DNA from: Acidobacteriota bacterium
GTDB lineage: Bacteria > Acidobacteriota > UBA890 > WLXD01
Direction of reading: 5' to 3'
Assembly (NCBI GenBank): GCA_965205505.1
Contig: CBDBHB010000009.1
Coordinates: forward strand, 1,728,001 to 1,792,000
DNA: 64,000 nucleotides
Shown: in pieces, positions 33,625 through 43,513 of the stretch
Position numbering within the stretch: the stretch's first letter is position 1
Layout of the letters: the number at the start of each line of letters is the position of its first letter
The notes under the pieces: model-generated
Database searches by the model: none
Seen by the model: the letters and a program-made list of their open reading frames with translations, nothing else
Told to the model about the DNA's origin: nothing
Translations under genes and position numbers: made by a program

Positions 33625-33978
33625 ATGAGCAAGAAAAGACGGACCGCGACCAGCGCCAGGCGGCGATCATTGAAGCGTCGTGAGTTCATGATGCTTCTCG
33701 TGTTGGCTCAGGGCATGCGCCACGGGTACGCGCTCAAGCAGGAGCTGCAGCGTCGAACTGATGGTGATCTCGATCTGGGGCCCGGCACGCTGTATCGCAC
33801 GATCCGTACGCTCGAAGAGGCCGAGCTCATCCGCGAATCGTCGGAGCGGCCCGAGGACGACGACCCGCGGCGTCGCTACTACGCGATCACCGCGCTCGGG
33901 CGCGATGTTGCTGCCGCCGAGGCGCGCCGCCTCGAGCAGCTGGTTGGCGAGGCGCGCGCCGAGCACCTCATTCCGTGA
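33625..33978 (+). CDS. PadR-family regulator
   Basis: RHGYAL, LGPGTLYRTI and DDPRRRYYAITALG. Confidence 0.9.
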   Translation: MSKKRRTATSARRRSLKRREFMMLLVLAQGMRHGYALKQELQRRTDGDLDLGPGTLYRTIRTLEEAELIRESSERPEDDDPRRRYYAITALGRDVAAAEARRLEQLVGEARAEHLIP

Positions 33979-34000
33979 TGGGCTAGCAGGCCGGCTAAAG

Positions 34001-34175
34001 ATGGAGCCGCCAGCAACTCCGACACGCCCACTGCGCGTCTATCGCGCCGTGCTCGTCGTTTATCCCGGCGCATTCCGCCGCCGGTACGCGGCGCAGATGG
34101 AGGCTGCCTTCATGGCTGATCTGCACGCCGCTCGCGCCGCCGGACGTTCGGTGCTCGGCTTTTGGCCGGCAATCC
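34001..34175 (+). pseudogene. N-terminal fragment of a PadR-associated permease
   Basis: YRAVLVVYPGAFRRRYAAQM is the usual permease N-terminus after this PadR type; similarity is lost after ~55 codons. Confidence 0.55.
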
Positions 34176-34261
34176 ACAGAAGGTCCAGCGGTTCGCTCCC
34201 GACTGGGCGGCAGCGCTTCGCCGGATGCTCGATTTCAGCGCGGAGACTCTGATCCCAGGAC

Positions 34262-34501
34262 ATGGTCCGGTCGTCTCCGGCGCGGCTCTTGTCGCGGGCC
34301 GATACGCTCATTGCGGAAGATGACTTGCCTCTCGCCACACACTTGATCGAACTGGCCGTTGCCGCCGACCCCGAGGACAACGACCTGCATGGTTTGCGCG
34401 CCGCCATATATGAGAAGCGTGCTGTGGCGGAGTCGTCCCTGATGGCCAAAGGCATCTTCATGACCGCCCAGCGTGAATCCGAAGGCTGCGTCAAGGCTTG
34501 A
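34262..34501 (+). pseudogene. C-terminal fragment of an alkyl-sulfatase-like MBL hydrolase (dimerisation domain)
   Basis: DLPLATHLIELAVAADP...RAAIYEKRAVAESSLMAKGIF; catalytic domain absent. Confidence 0.55.
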
Positions 34502-34672
34502 CGAGGCTCCCCGCTCCGCCCCCTTTCCACATCACGTATGCGATCATCTCGATCGCAATCAGCGCCGATCCGATCGGTACGATAGGCCCCTCGCGGGCAG
34601 GTCCGCCGTCGGCGCCAGCCTGCAGGAACCAAGCAGCGCCAAGCGTGCGGGCTGTTAAGGGGAGGCAACCTA

Positions 34673-35143
34673 TTGGATACGCTATTAGTTTTTGTTCTGC
34701 AGTTCGCCCTGAGCGTTCTTGTCTACGCTCTCATAGCGAAGTGGTATGTGACGCCATGGCTCGCGGAGACACCAACCCATCAGGCGCTGATGGTGCTGAT
34801 CCTTCCCCACGCGTTTCGGCATGTGGGGCTGGCGTTCTTGGTCCCAGGGTTGGTCGCCCAGCCCCTGCCGAGCTCTTTCGCCACCCCAGCTGCCTACGGG
34901 GACTTCGTCACCGGCCTGCTCGCACTGCTGTCACTGGTGGCTCTGCGAGGACGTTGGGGCCTGGCGCTCCCGTTGGTTTGGCTCTTCAACACTATCGGCA
35001 CGGTCGACCTTCTAAACGCACTCCGCCAAGCGGAGGCGGTACCGTACTTGCTGACCACTTGGTACATCCCGACATTTCTGGTCCCACTGCTGCTGGTGAC
35101 TCACTTCATGATCTTTACCCGCCTGATCAGACGCGGGACGTGA
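34673..35143 (+). CDS. Hypothetical integral membrane protein
   Basis: GGAGG RBS with TTG start; 4-5 hydrophobic segments; HAFRHVGL and AAYGD motifs. Confidence 0.75.
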   Translation: MDTLLVFVLQFALSVLVYALIAKWYVTPWLAETPTHQALMVLILPHAFRHVGLAFLVPGLVAQPLPSSFATPAAYGDFVTGLLALLSLVALRGRWGLALPLVWLFNTIGTVDLLNALRQAEAVPYLLTTWYIPTFLVPLLLVTHFMIFTRLIRRGT

Positions 35144-35150
35144 GGGGTCG

Positions 35151-35555
35151 ATGAGAGCGATGTTCAATTTCCTACTGGCCATGCTGAGAATGCGCAAGCC
35201 TGCGGTGGCCTGGATCATGCTGCTGATGCTCGTCAACATGGTCATTCCTCTCTTCTACCTGGGGACTCCGGAAGGTAGGACAGTCTTGGGAGCCTTCGTG
35301 TTTGGGGCACTCCTTCAAGGGTGGATTTTCTCTGCGAAGGGTTTCGTTCGCCTGCTGGGGATTGGACACATCGTCTGGGTCCCGATGGTGGTCTGGCTGT
35401 GGGCACGGCTGGAGGTCGCCCCTGCCAGCGGTTTCTTCAGGTACTGGCTGCTCGCGACCATCGCGTTGGTGAGCCTGTCTCTCCTTATCGACGCCGTCGA
35501 CATCACGCGCTATCTGAGAGGTGAGCGGGACCCTTATGTCGAGATTCCGGCCTGA
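35151..35555 (+). CDS. Hypothetical integral membrane protein
   Basis: Hydrophobic throughout; GFVRLLGIGH and SLLIDAVD..RYLRGER. Confidence 0.75.
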   Translation: MRAMFNFLLAMLRMRKPAVAWIMLLMLVNMVIPLFYLGTPEGRTVLGAFVFGALLQGWIFSAKGFVRLLGIGHIVWVPMVVWLWARLEVAPASGFFRYWLLATIALVSLSLLIDAVDITRYLRGERDPYVEIPA

Positions 35556-35807
35556 CACCAAGATATCCCGCTCGGAATGATGCCCTGGACGAGGCGCAAT
35601 CAAGGTCCCGGGCTCATGGGCCACCGATCTACGGCGCGATCTTGGACGGCGCATACGCCAGGCACAGCCGCACTTCCGCGGCCTGAAGTAGGGTGCCCAC
35701 GGCGGCCCCGAGGACATGCTGTGACTAACGGGCAATGACTAAGCCACGCCGAGCACCCCTCGCTGGCAACACGCGAATCGTGGCTCAACGACCAAGGAAG
35801 CTGCACT

Positions 35808-36269
35808 ATGGCCAACATCACCGCTCTACTCGGCGAAGGCACCCAGGTAGAACTACAGGCTCGTGAATTTACCTGGCGGGGGGATGAGCCCGCCGCCGCT
35901 GGTGGCACGGACACCGGACCAACGCCCTACGAGATTCTGCTTGGCAGCCTGGCGGCATGTATTGCCATCACACTCAGGCTCTACGCGAACCACAAAGGGA
36001 TCGACCTCGTTGGGGTCGACGTCAGGCTCGAGTTCGATCGGGTGCATGCCGACGATTGCGCGGACTGCGACTCGCGGAAGGACGGCTGGATCGACCGCAT
36101 CCGAAGCCAGGTGACGATTCAAGGCACCTTCGACGATGCGCAGCGAACCCGGCTTGCGCAGGTGGCCGCGCGCTGCCCGGTGCACAAGACCCTGGCTAAC
36201 GGGGTAGAGATCGTCGATTCGGTAGCGTTCGAGGGCGCGCTGGAGCGAGGGGCAAGTTCTCTTGGTTGA
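35808..36269 (+). CDS. OsmC-family protein
   Basis: DEP..GGTDTGPTPYE, LAACIAITL and RCPVHKTL. Confidence 0.9.
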   Translation: MANITALLGEGTQVELQAREFTWRGDEPAAAGGTDTGPTPYEILLGSLAACIAITLRLYANHKGIDLVGVDVRLEFDRVHADDCADCDSRKDGWIDRIRSQVTIQGTFDDAQRTRLAQVAARCPVHKTLANGVEIVDSVAFEGALERGASSLG

Positions 36270-36331
36270 GTTGACAGTGCGTGTCAGAGGGATCAACACA
36301 AATAGTCGGACCCAAGGAACAGGAGCGTATC

Positions 36332-37147
36332 GTGTCCAAAGAGAGTCTGAATGCCGTAGTGACCCAGAGGATCGAGATGTCACCCGAACTGGTTCTGTTC
36401 CGGGTGGCTCCGGATGGCTGGGAGTTGCCGTTGTTCGAGGCCGGACAGTTCGCTGTCCTTGGGCTGCCGGGGAAGTCGGCACGCATCATCTGGTCGGATC
36501 CGGAAGAGAAGCCGCCTGAACCAGAGCGGCTGATTCGTCGAGCCTATTCGCTTGCTTCTTCATCGGCGTCGAGCGAATACCTGGAGTTCTACATTATGAT
36601 CGTCCGTTCCGGACGGCTGACTCCCAGGTTGTTTTCGCTGGAGCAAAGAGATCGCGTTTGGCTGGGGCAGAAAATTGCCGGGATGTTCACCCTGGAGGAT
36701 GTGCCAGAGGACAAAAACATCGTGCTGATCTCCACTGGGACGGGATTGGCACCTTATGTCAGCATGCTGCGTAGCCATCTGGTTTGTGGAAGCCAGCAGC
36801 GCTTCGCGGTGCTTCACGGAGCTCGACACTCCTGGGACCTGGGATACCGGGCAGAGCTCAGCACCATGCACCGGCTCTGCGACAACTTTGACTACTTCCC
36901 TTTGGTCAGTCGTCCGGATGAAGAGCCGGTGCCGTGGCAGGGCGCGACGGGATACGTCCAGGACCTCTGGACCGGAGGGGTCCTTGAAGAGGCCTGGAAC
37001 AGCCGGCCGACACGAGCCGACGCTCACGTGTTCCTCTGCGGAAACCCACGAATGTGCGAGCAAATGGTCACACAGTTGAAGACAGAGGGATTTAGGGAGC
37101 ACACCCGTAAAGAGGCGGGCGAGATTCACGTCGAGCGCTATTGGTAG
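36332..37147 (+). CDS. fpr: Ferredoxin/flavodoxin-NADP+ reductase
   Basis: RRAYSLAS, GRLTPRL, STGTGLAPY, FLCGNPRM and ERYW; AGGAG before GTG 36332. Confidence 0.9.
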   Translation: MSKESLNAVVTQRIEMSPELVLFRVAPDGWELPLFEAGQFAVLGLPGKSARIIWSDPEEKPPEPERLIRRAYSLASSSASSEYLEFYIMIVRSGRLTPRLFSLEQRDRVWLGQKIAGMFTLEDVPEDKNIVLISTGTGLAPYVSMLRSHLVCGSQQRFAVLHGARHSWDLGYRAELSTMHRLCDNFDYFPLVSRPDEEPVPWQGATGYVQDLWTGGVLEEAWNSRPTRADAHVFLCGNPRMCEQMVTQLKTEGFREHTRKEAGEIHVERYW

Positions 37148-37278
37148 AAAAACGTTGTTTTGCGCTGCGCAGGAGCCGCGATGTCTCAACCTAACGCCAA
37201 ATCGGCGAGAAACGCTCGATTCACGAACGTTGAGTCCTTTGTCCTGCGGGCATTTCCCGTCCAGCCAAGAGGCCTTAC

Positions 37279-38718
37279 ATGAGTGAGCACTTCCCGTTGA
37301 TGGTTCCGGGAGCGAGCCCTGATGAGCGTCCGCTCGACGTAGTGGCCCCCTACGACGGCAGCCACCTCGCGACAGCGGACACGGCGGGGAGCGAGGCCGT
37401 CACCAGCGCGCTGGCCACAGCGCACGGTCTGTTCCGGAACCGCGCCGCCTGGCTCACCCCGGCACGCCGGATCGAGGTCCTGCGCAAGGCGGCGACGCTC
37501 ATGCAGCAGCAGGCGGAGCATCTCGCGGTGGAGGCGGCGCGCGAGGGAGGTAAGCCGCTCGTCGATTCCCGCGTCGAGGTGCACCGCGCCGTCGACGGAG
37601 TGAACAACTGCGTCGAGGAGCTGCGGAGCAACGCTGGCCGCGAGATGCCGATGCGACTCAACGCCGCGTCGCTGGGCCGCCTGGCGTTCACTCGTCATGA
37701 GCCCATCGGAGTTGTGGTCGCCGTGAGCGCGTTCAACCACCCGCTCAACCTCATCGTGCATCAGGTGGGCCCCGCCGTGGCCGCCGGCTGCCCGGTTATC
37801 GTCAAGCCGGCCGAGGACACGCCTCTGTCCTGCTTCCGCTTCGTTGCGATCCTGCGCGAGGCGGGTCTGCCCGAGGAGTGGTGCCAGGCGTTGGTGGTGA
37901 ACGACCTGGATGTTGCGACCCAGCTCGTTACCGATGAACGGGTGGGGTTCTTCAGCTTCATCGGCAGCGCCCGCGTCGGCTGGATGCTGCGCTCCAAGCT
38001 CGCCCCGGGCACGAGGTGTGCGCTCGAGCACGGCGGTGCAGCGCCGGTCATCGTCGCCGCCGATGCGGATCTCGACGACGCGCTGCCGCTGCTTGCCAAG
38101 GGTGGGCTCTACCACGCCGGGCAGGTTTGCGTGTCGGTGCAACGGGTGTTCGTTCACCGGTCGATCGCACGTGACGTTGTCGATGGGCTGGTCGCGCTGG
38201 CGGAGCAACAGCGCGTCGGTGACCCCACGGTTGAGGAAACGGAGGTCGGCCCGTTGATCCGCCACCGCGAGGTCGATCGCATAGAGCGCTGGGTGCAGGC
38301 GGCGGTAGACGGCGGTGCCGAGCTGTGCACGGGCGGCCGCCGTCTGACCCGCTCCTGCTATGCGCCGACGATCTTGCTCGAGCCGCCGGCCGATTCCGAC
38401 GTCAGCACCCAGGAGATCTTCGGTCCCATCATCTGCGTGTACGCGTACGATGAGCTGGGCGAGGCCATCGAGCGCGCCAACTCGCTGCGCTTCGCATTTC
38501 AGGCGGCGGTATTCACGCACGACCTGGACACGGCGCTAAACGCATCCGCCCGCCTCGACGCGTCGGCGGTGATGGTGAACGATCACACGGCGTTTCGCGT
38601 CGACTGGATGCCCTTCGCCGGCCTGCGCGAGTCGGGCTTGGGTGTGGGAGGCATCCCCCATACCTTTCGCGACATGCAGATCGAGAAGCTGACCGTCATT
38701 CGCTCGCCGGAGCTCTAG
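37279..38718 (+). CDS. Aldehyde dehydrogenase family protein
   Basis: SAFNHPLN, FIGS, LEHGG, GQVCVS and EIFGP. Confidence 0.92.
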   Translation: MSEHFPLMVPGASPDERPLDVVAPYDGSHLATADTAGSEAVTSALATAHGLFRNRAAWLTPARRIEVLRKAATLMQQQAEHLAVEAAREGGKPLVDSRVEVHRAVDGVNNCVEELRSNAGREMPMRLNAASLGRLAFTRHEPIGVVVAVSAFNHPLNLIVHQVGPAVAAGCPVIVKPAEDTPLSCFRFVAILREAGLPEEWCQALVVNDLDVATQLVTDERVGFFSFIGSARVGWMLRSKLAPGTRCALEHGGAAPVIVAADADLDDALPLLAKGGLYHAGQVCVSVQRVFVHRSIARDVVDGLVALAEQQRVGDPTVEETEVGPLIRHREVDRIERWVQAAVDGGAELCTGGRRLTRSCYAPTILLEPPADSDVSTQEIFGPIICVYAYDELGEAIERANSLRFAFQAAVFTHDLDTALNASARLDASAVMVNDHTAFRVDWMPFAGLRESGLGVGGIPHTFRDMQIEKLTVIRSPEL

Positions 38719-38962
38719 ATGGCCCTGATGGCTTGGCAGGAAGCCACCGCTCCCTGAGAACGCGCTCTCCGGCTGCCGGACTCGTCAAGCGGAAAGCTCG
38801 GGCGGTTAGGTTGACAGTGCCCCCCGGGGGGCGCGCCGGGTAACCAAACCGCGATACGTGAACAAGTTACTGGTAGAAGCCGAGAGCCGGAGCCTAGCGA
38901 CCTCGCTCGGCCACCGTCTACCAGTGATCCCTTCGCCCTACGGCGACCGCAGGAGTTACGAC

Positions 38963-39604
38963 ATGAGAGTTCTATCCGCAACCGCGCTGACGCTTGCATT
39001 GATCCTTACGCTGCCGACGAGGGCGCCGGCAGCCGACCGCGACGAGTACCCGACCACGGGCGCTGCAGCGATGGCGTACTACGAAAGCGACGCCGATGGC
39101 TGGCTGGACGGACCGGTCGAGTACCTGATCCTGGACGAGGAGCGTGACGCGTGGAACGAATTGGTGGCAACGGACCAACGCGCCTCCTTCATTGCCCGCT
39201 TCTGGGAGCTTCGTGACAACGATCAGAACCTGTTCAGGGATGCGTTTTACGAGCGTGTTGCTTACGCCAACACCCACTACCGGGACACGCCGTGGCGCGG
39301 CTGGAGATCCGACCGCGGGCGCATCGCAGTGACGCTCGGGCTGCCCGATCGCGTGCGGCCCATTGGTTCTGGCACTGGGGTCGTCTGGACCTACTTCACG
39401 TTCGGTGCGCACGCTGAGGGCAAGGGTTTCAGCAGCGTCACCGGGAGGGTGGAGATCGCGTTCGTGTCGCGGCTTAGCAGACGCAACAACTACAGGATCT
39501 CCGGGCCACAGGGCACCGGGATCTACCCAGCCTACGTGCTGTATGCGCTCGACTGGAGTCGACAGGCTGCGGTCGGGGGGTCAAGCAGGCGGCCCGTCTC
39601 TTGA
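38963..39604 (+). CDS. GWxTD-domain protein (secreted)
   Basis: Signal peptide; RVAYAN and GWRSDRGRI...LGLPD; AGGAG RBS. Confidence 0.85.
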   Translation: MRVLSATALTLALILTLPTRAPAADRDEYPTTGAAAMAYYESDADGWLDGPVEYLILDEERDAWNELVATDQRASFIARFWELRDNDQNLFRDAFYERVAYANTHYRDTPWRGWRSDRGRIAVTLGLPDRVRPIGSGTGVVWTYFTFGAHAEGKGFSSVTGRVEIAFVSRLSRRNNYRISGPQGTGIYPAYVLYALDWSRQAAVGGSSRRPVS

Positions 39605-39798
39605 GCTGATCAGAACCTGAAAGTTGAAGAGATGCTCGCGTGGTGGTCGTGCGAAAGGTGTAAAAAGCCGTGTGGCCCAATCGCGGACTGCTCGATCTTG
39701 CTGGGCCGAGATAGGGGCAAGCTCAAGGCGCGATGAGAATGGCGATCCTCGCCGATCGTCGACGAATCGCAACGCTGAGATTGCCCCTATCGTCCCAG

Positions 39799-40783
39799 TC
39801 AGGTAAGCACAACGATCTTTCCGCCAGCTGCGTTGTCTTCCATGCAGCGGTGCGCCCCCACGATGTCGTCGAGCTGAAAGACTCGTCCGATCCTAGGCGT
39901 CATCCGACCCCCCTCTACGTCGTTCACAACCGTCTGTAGGGGTGTGTCGATGAAGTCCTGGGCGCCGCCCGCATAAGTGGTCAGGCTCACCGTGGACGGA
40001 ATCGCGCCCATCGGACTGAATTGCTCGAGCTCCCAGGCGTTGCCGACCATGCCGGTCATGCACACGGAGCCGCAACGCGCAGCGCACCGCAGCGAGTCGA
40101 GTAGCGTGGTGGTTCCGACGAGCTCCAGCACCTTGTCCACACCGTCGGGGAAGACCCCGTGTACATCGTCGACGATCTCACCGCTGTCGATAAACACGTG
40201 ATCCGCGCCGTTGGCCTCCAGCATGGCTCGACGATCAGCTTTTCTGGTCGTCGCGGCGACGGTCGCGCCTTGCTGTCTGGCCAGCACCGCGGCGGCCAAG
40301 CCCACCGACGTGGTGCCACCGCGAATCAGCAAGCTCTGACCAGCTTGCAGCCGCAAGGCACTGTTAAGCGAGCCCCAGGCGGTCTGGATCATCTCCGGCA
40401 ATGCACCCAGCGTTTGCCAATCCAAGGTCGTGTCGATTGTTTGTACCTGCACGGCAGGCACGCAGGTGTACTCGGCGTAGCCGCCATCGAACTGCCGACC
40501 CATGCCTCCCATCGCGGTGGCCACGGTTTGCCCGGGTTCGAACTCGCCGCCCGGCGCTGTCCTCCACAATTCCCACCGCCTCAATGCCAAGCACACGGGG
40601 CAACGTCACCCCCGGTGAGTGACCCTGCCGGGTGAAAAGCTCGGAGCGGTTGAGCCCGAACGCTTTTACTCGGATGAGGACCCACCCGGGCGCTGGCTGA
40701 GGAACCGTCAGTTCCTCGACCACCAGCACCTCGGGCGCGCCTGGCTCGCGTAAGACCACTGCTTTCATTGTCTTCGTGGTCAT
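39799..40783 (-). pseudogene. Zinc-independent MDR / quinone oxidoreductase, frameshifted near 40560
   Basis: AFGLNRSE..TRQG..PRVLGIEAVG in one frame; GGMGRQFDGGYAEY and RGGTTSVG in the next. Confidence 0.85.
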
Positions 40784-40813
40784 GGTCCCGCCCTCATGCC
40801 GGGGCTGTACCGC

Positions 40814-41280
40814 TCAGTGCGGCGGGGTGGTGGTGGAGAAGCTGTAGCGCACGATCCGCCACTCGCCATCGGCGGCTTTGTGGAACACGAACAGCTCCTG
40901 ATTGGCTTCGGAGACTTTCTCACCCGTGGCGTTGATCGTGGTCGTGCCGGCGGAGTTGGTTCGTGCAAACGCCCAGTCATCGGCGACCACTTCGATGTCG
41001 ACGATCTTGAGCTCGACGTCGAGGTCGATAGCCTCGAAGACGGCTTCGTAGGTGGCTTCGATCGCGTCGATGCCAACCGCCGAGGGTTGTGCTGAGGCAT
41101 GAAGACACCGTCTTCGGCGTAGAGGTTCGCGATGCCGGCAACGTCGCCGGCATTGAGCAGATGCTCGTAGGCTTCCAGCACGGCATGGATGGTCTCTCGC
41201 TCCGAAACGGCGTATGCGCTCGACAGCGAGCCGAGAGCCAGGATGGTCGCTGCCATCGTTTGGATCAGTCGGTTTTTCAT
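40814..41280 (-). pseudogene. Secreted SnoaL/YybH-like (NTF2-fold) protein, frameshifted near 41085
   Basis: Signal peptide and LYAEDGVFMPQH in one frame; DWAFART..EANQELF..WRIVRYSFS in the next. Confidence 0.8.
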
Positions 41281-41418
41281 GATCTCTGTTAACAGGAGCG
41301 TTGCAGAAGGGTACTGTCAAGTTGACTCGAATTCGGCGAGAAACGCTTGATCGATGCCCCCAAGTCCCTCGTCAGGCCCGCAGCCACGATAGTTTGCAGA
41401 GCAACAAGGGAGGGAGCG

Positions 41419-42054
41419 ATGGAACATCTGGATGTCGACAAGCTGCGGGAGGAGTTCAACGACACCAGCGCGTCAGTCAGGATCGTCGCCGTCTTTTCAC
41501 CCACATGACCAGTGTGCCAATACGGACAAGGTGTTGTCCGAAGAATCTTCGAGGAATTCAGTGTCGACAATCTGAAGGGTTTTGCTGTATGGCTCCCGAT
41601 GATGCGGAACGACAGCGTTGAGCGGGCCCGCGTCGAGGCGGCACCCTTCGAAGGCCTGCAGGTGGTCCATGCGTGGGACCCGGAGCGCCAGCTCGGTCGT
41701 TTGTTCACAAAGACCCTGAAACTTCGCTCCACGGTGTGGGATTTCTATTTTCTATACGCATCAGGAGCACGGTGGGAGGGAAGCGAGCCTCCCCAACCGG
41801 ATTTCTGGATGCATCAGCTTCCCTCGGCGTCCGGAGCGGATCGGGACCTTGTCCTGTACCCCACGAGATTCTCGCGGGAGTTGCTCGCGCTACTTGGCAG
41901 CGGAGTCGAGCCAAGCCATACGAGCCGTGACGACCTCGGCCTTGACCTCCACTGGGACGGTCTTCTGAATCTGACCAGGGAAAGGGGTGAATACACTCTC
42001 CGAGATGTCAGCGATGCCTTCGAGGACTCGAAGACCGAGAGGCGGCAGATATGA
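41419..42054 (+). CDS. Thioredoxin-like selenoprotein candidate (SPT-U-P-V-C)
   Basis: GGAG RBS with ATG 41419; in-frame TGA 41506-41508 in the first position of a CxxC motif; frame continues into ORF 41512-42054. Confidence 0.85.
41523..41540 (+). promoter_or_regulatory. Bacterial SECIS-like hairpin
   Basis: CGGACAA-GGTG-TTGTCCG, a perfect 7-bp stem with a G-first loop, starting 14 nt after the TGA. Confidence 0.75.
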
Positions 42055-42124
42055 CCCGGACCTAGCAGAGTTCTTCAGCACTAGTAGCTAGGAGTTAGTG
42101 CAGCGGGAGCGTGGAGGGAGGCTC

Positions 42125-43489
42125 ATGTCGAAGGAAGAGTCGTTCGACTTGGTGGTAATCGGTGCAGGCACCGCGGGAAACGGAGTAGCCCGTGCATGCA
42201 GCAACGCGGGCTGGAAGGTGGCCAGCGTGGACTCGCTTCCCTACGGCGGCACGTGCGCCCTTCGCGGGTGTGATCCCAAGAAGATGATGGTGGGCGTCAC
42301 CGAGGCGCTGGATTGGGCGCGTCGAATGACGGGCCGGGGCCTTCGCTCGAGCGAGCTCGATATCGACTGGGCGGAAATGATTGCGTTCAAACGGACGTTT
42401 ACCGATGTCATGCCCGGACGCGTCGAGGGCGGACTCGAGAAGGCCGGCGTGGTGACCATGCACGGGGCCGCAGAATTCGCGTCGAGCAATGTGGTGCGCG
42501 TCGGTGACACGCAGGTTCGAGCGAGGCATTTTCACATTGCGACCGGCGCACGGCCGGCGCCGCTCGATATTTCCGGCGATGACCTCATCACGACGAGTAC
42601 CCAGTTTCTTGAACTAAAGGAGCTTCCGGCGCGTATCGCTTTCGTGGGCGGCGGCTTCATCTCCTTCGAGTTCGCCCACATTGCGAAGCGGGCGGGCGCC
42701 TCCCAGGTCACGATTCTGCACCGCGGGGAACGGGCGCTGAAGGGTTTCGACGCCGACCTTGTAGCCCACCTGGTGGCGCGCACGCGCGAGCTCGGAATGG
42801 AGGTTCGCCTGCAGACATGTGTCGACGCGGTTGCGCGCGCGGGTGATGCGCTCCGGGTCGAGGTGACCTCGCGGACTGGCAGTGACATCGTGGATTGCGA
42901 CGCCGTCGTTCACGTTGCCGGGCGAGTGCCGAACCTCGGCACGCTCAGGCTCGACCTGGCGGAAGTTGAGCACGGACCACGCGGCGTGCGGGTCAGCGAA
43001 TCCATGCGGAGCGTCTCGAATCCGGCTGTCTTTGCGGCGGGAGATTGTGCCGATACACCGGCACCCAACCTGACCCCGGTTTCGGTGTACGAGGCCCGCA
43101 TCGCGGCCAAGAACCTTCTTGCCGGAGCAGACGAACACCGGGTGGAGTATCCGCCGATCCCGAGCGTCGTTTTCACCGTGCCTCCGGTCGGGCGGGTCGG
43201 ATTGCTGGAGGAGGAGGCGCGCGGGCAGGGAATGGAGCTCGATGTGCACTTTCACAAGACCGACCACTGGTATTCGTCGGTGCGCGTGGCCGAGCCTTAC
43301 AGCGCCTACAAGACATTGGTCGACAAGACTACGGGGCGGATTGTAGGCGCCCACGTCATGGGCCCCGGGGCAGAGGAGCAACTGAATCTGTTCGCGTTGG
43401 CGATGAAGGCGGGTCTCACGGCCAACCATATCAAGGCGACCATGTTCGCCTATCCGAGTTACGCGTCCGACCTCGGTTCCATGGCGTAG
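42125..43489 (+). CDS. Pyridine nucleotide-disulfide oxidoreductase (glutathione-reductase-like)
   Basis: VIGAGTAG, redox-active GGTCALRGCDP, GGGFISFE, AAGDC and FAYPS. Confidence 0.9.
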   Translation: MSKEESFDLVVIGAGTAGNGVARACSNAGWKVASVDSLPYGGTCALRGCDPKKMMVGVTEALDWARRMTGRGLRSSELDIDWAEMIAFKRTFTDVMPGRVEGGLEKAGVVTMHGAAEFASSNVVRVGDTQVRARHFHIATGARPAPLDISGDDLITTSTQFLELKELPARIAFVGGGFISFEFAHIAKRAGASQVTILHRGERALKGFDADLVAHLVARTRELGMEVRLQTCVDAVARAGDALRVEVTSRTGSDIVDCDAVVHVAGRVPNLGTLRLDLAEVEHGPRGVRVSESMRSVSNPAVFAAGDCADTPAPNLTPVSVYEARIAAKNLLAGADEHRVEYPPIPSVVFTVPPVGRVGLLEEEARGQGMELDVHFHKTDHWYSSVRVAEPYSAYKTLVDKTTGRIVGAHVMGPGAEEQLNLFALAMKAGLTANHIKATMFAYPSYASDLGSMA

Positions 43490-43513
43490 TACGCGACCGC
43501 ACGGGCCGAGCAG

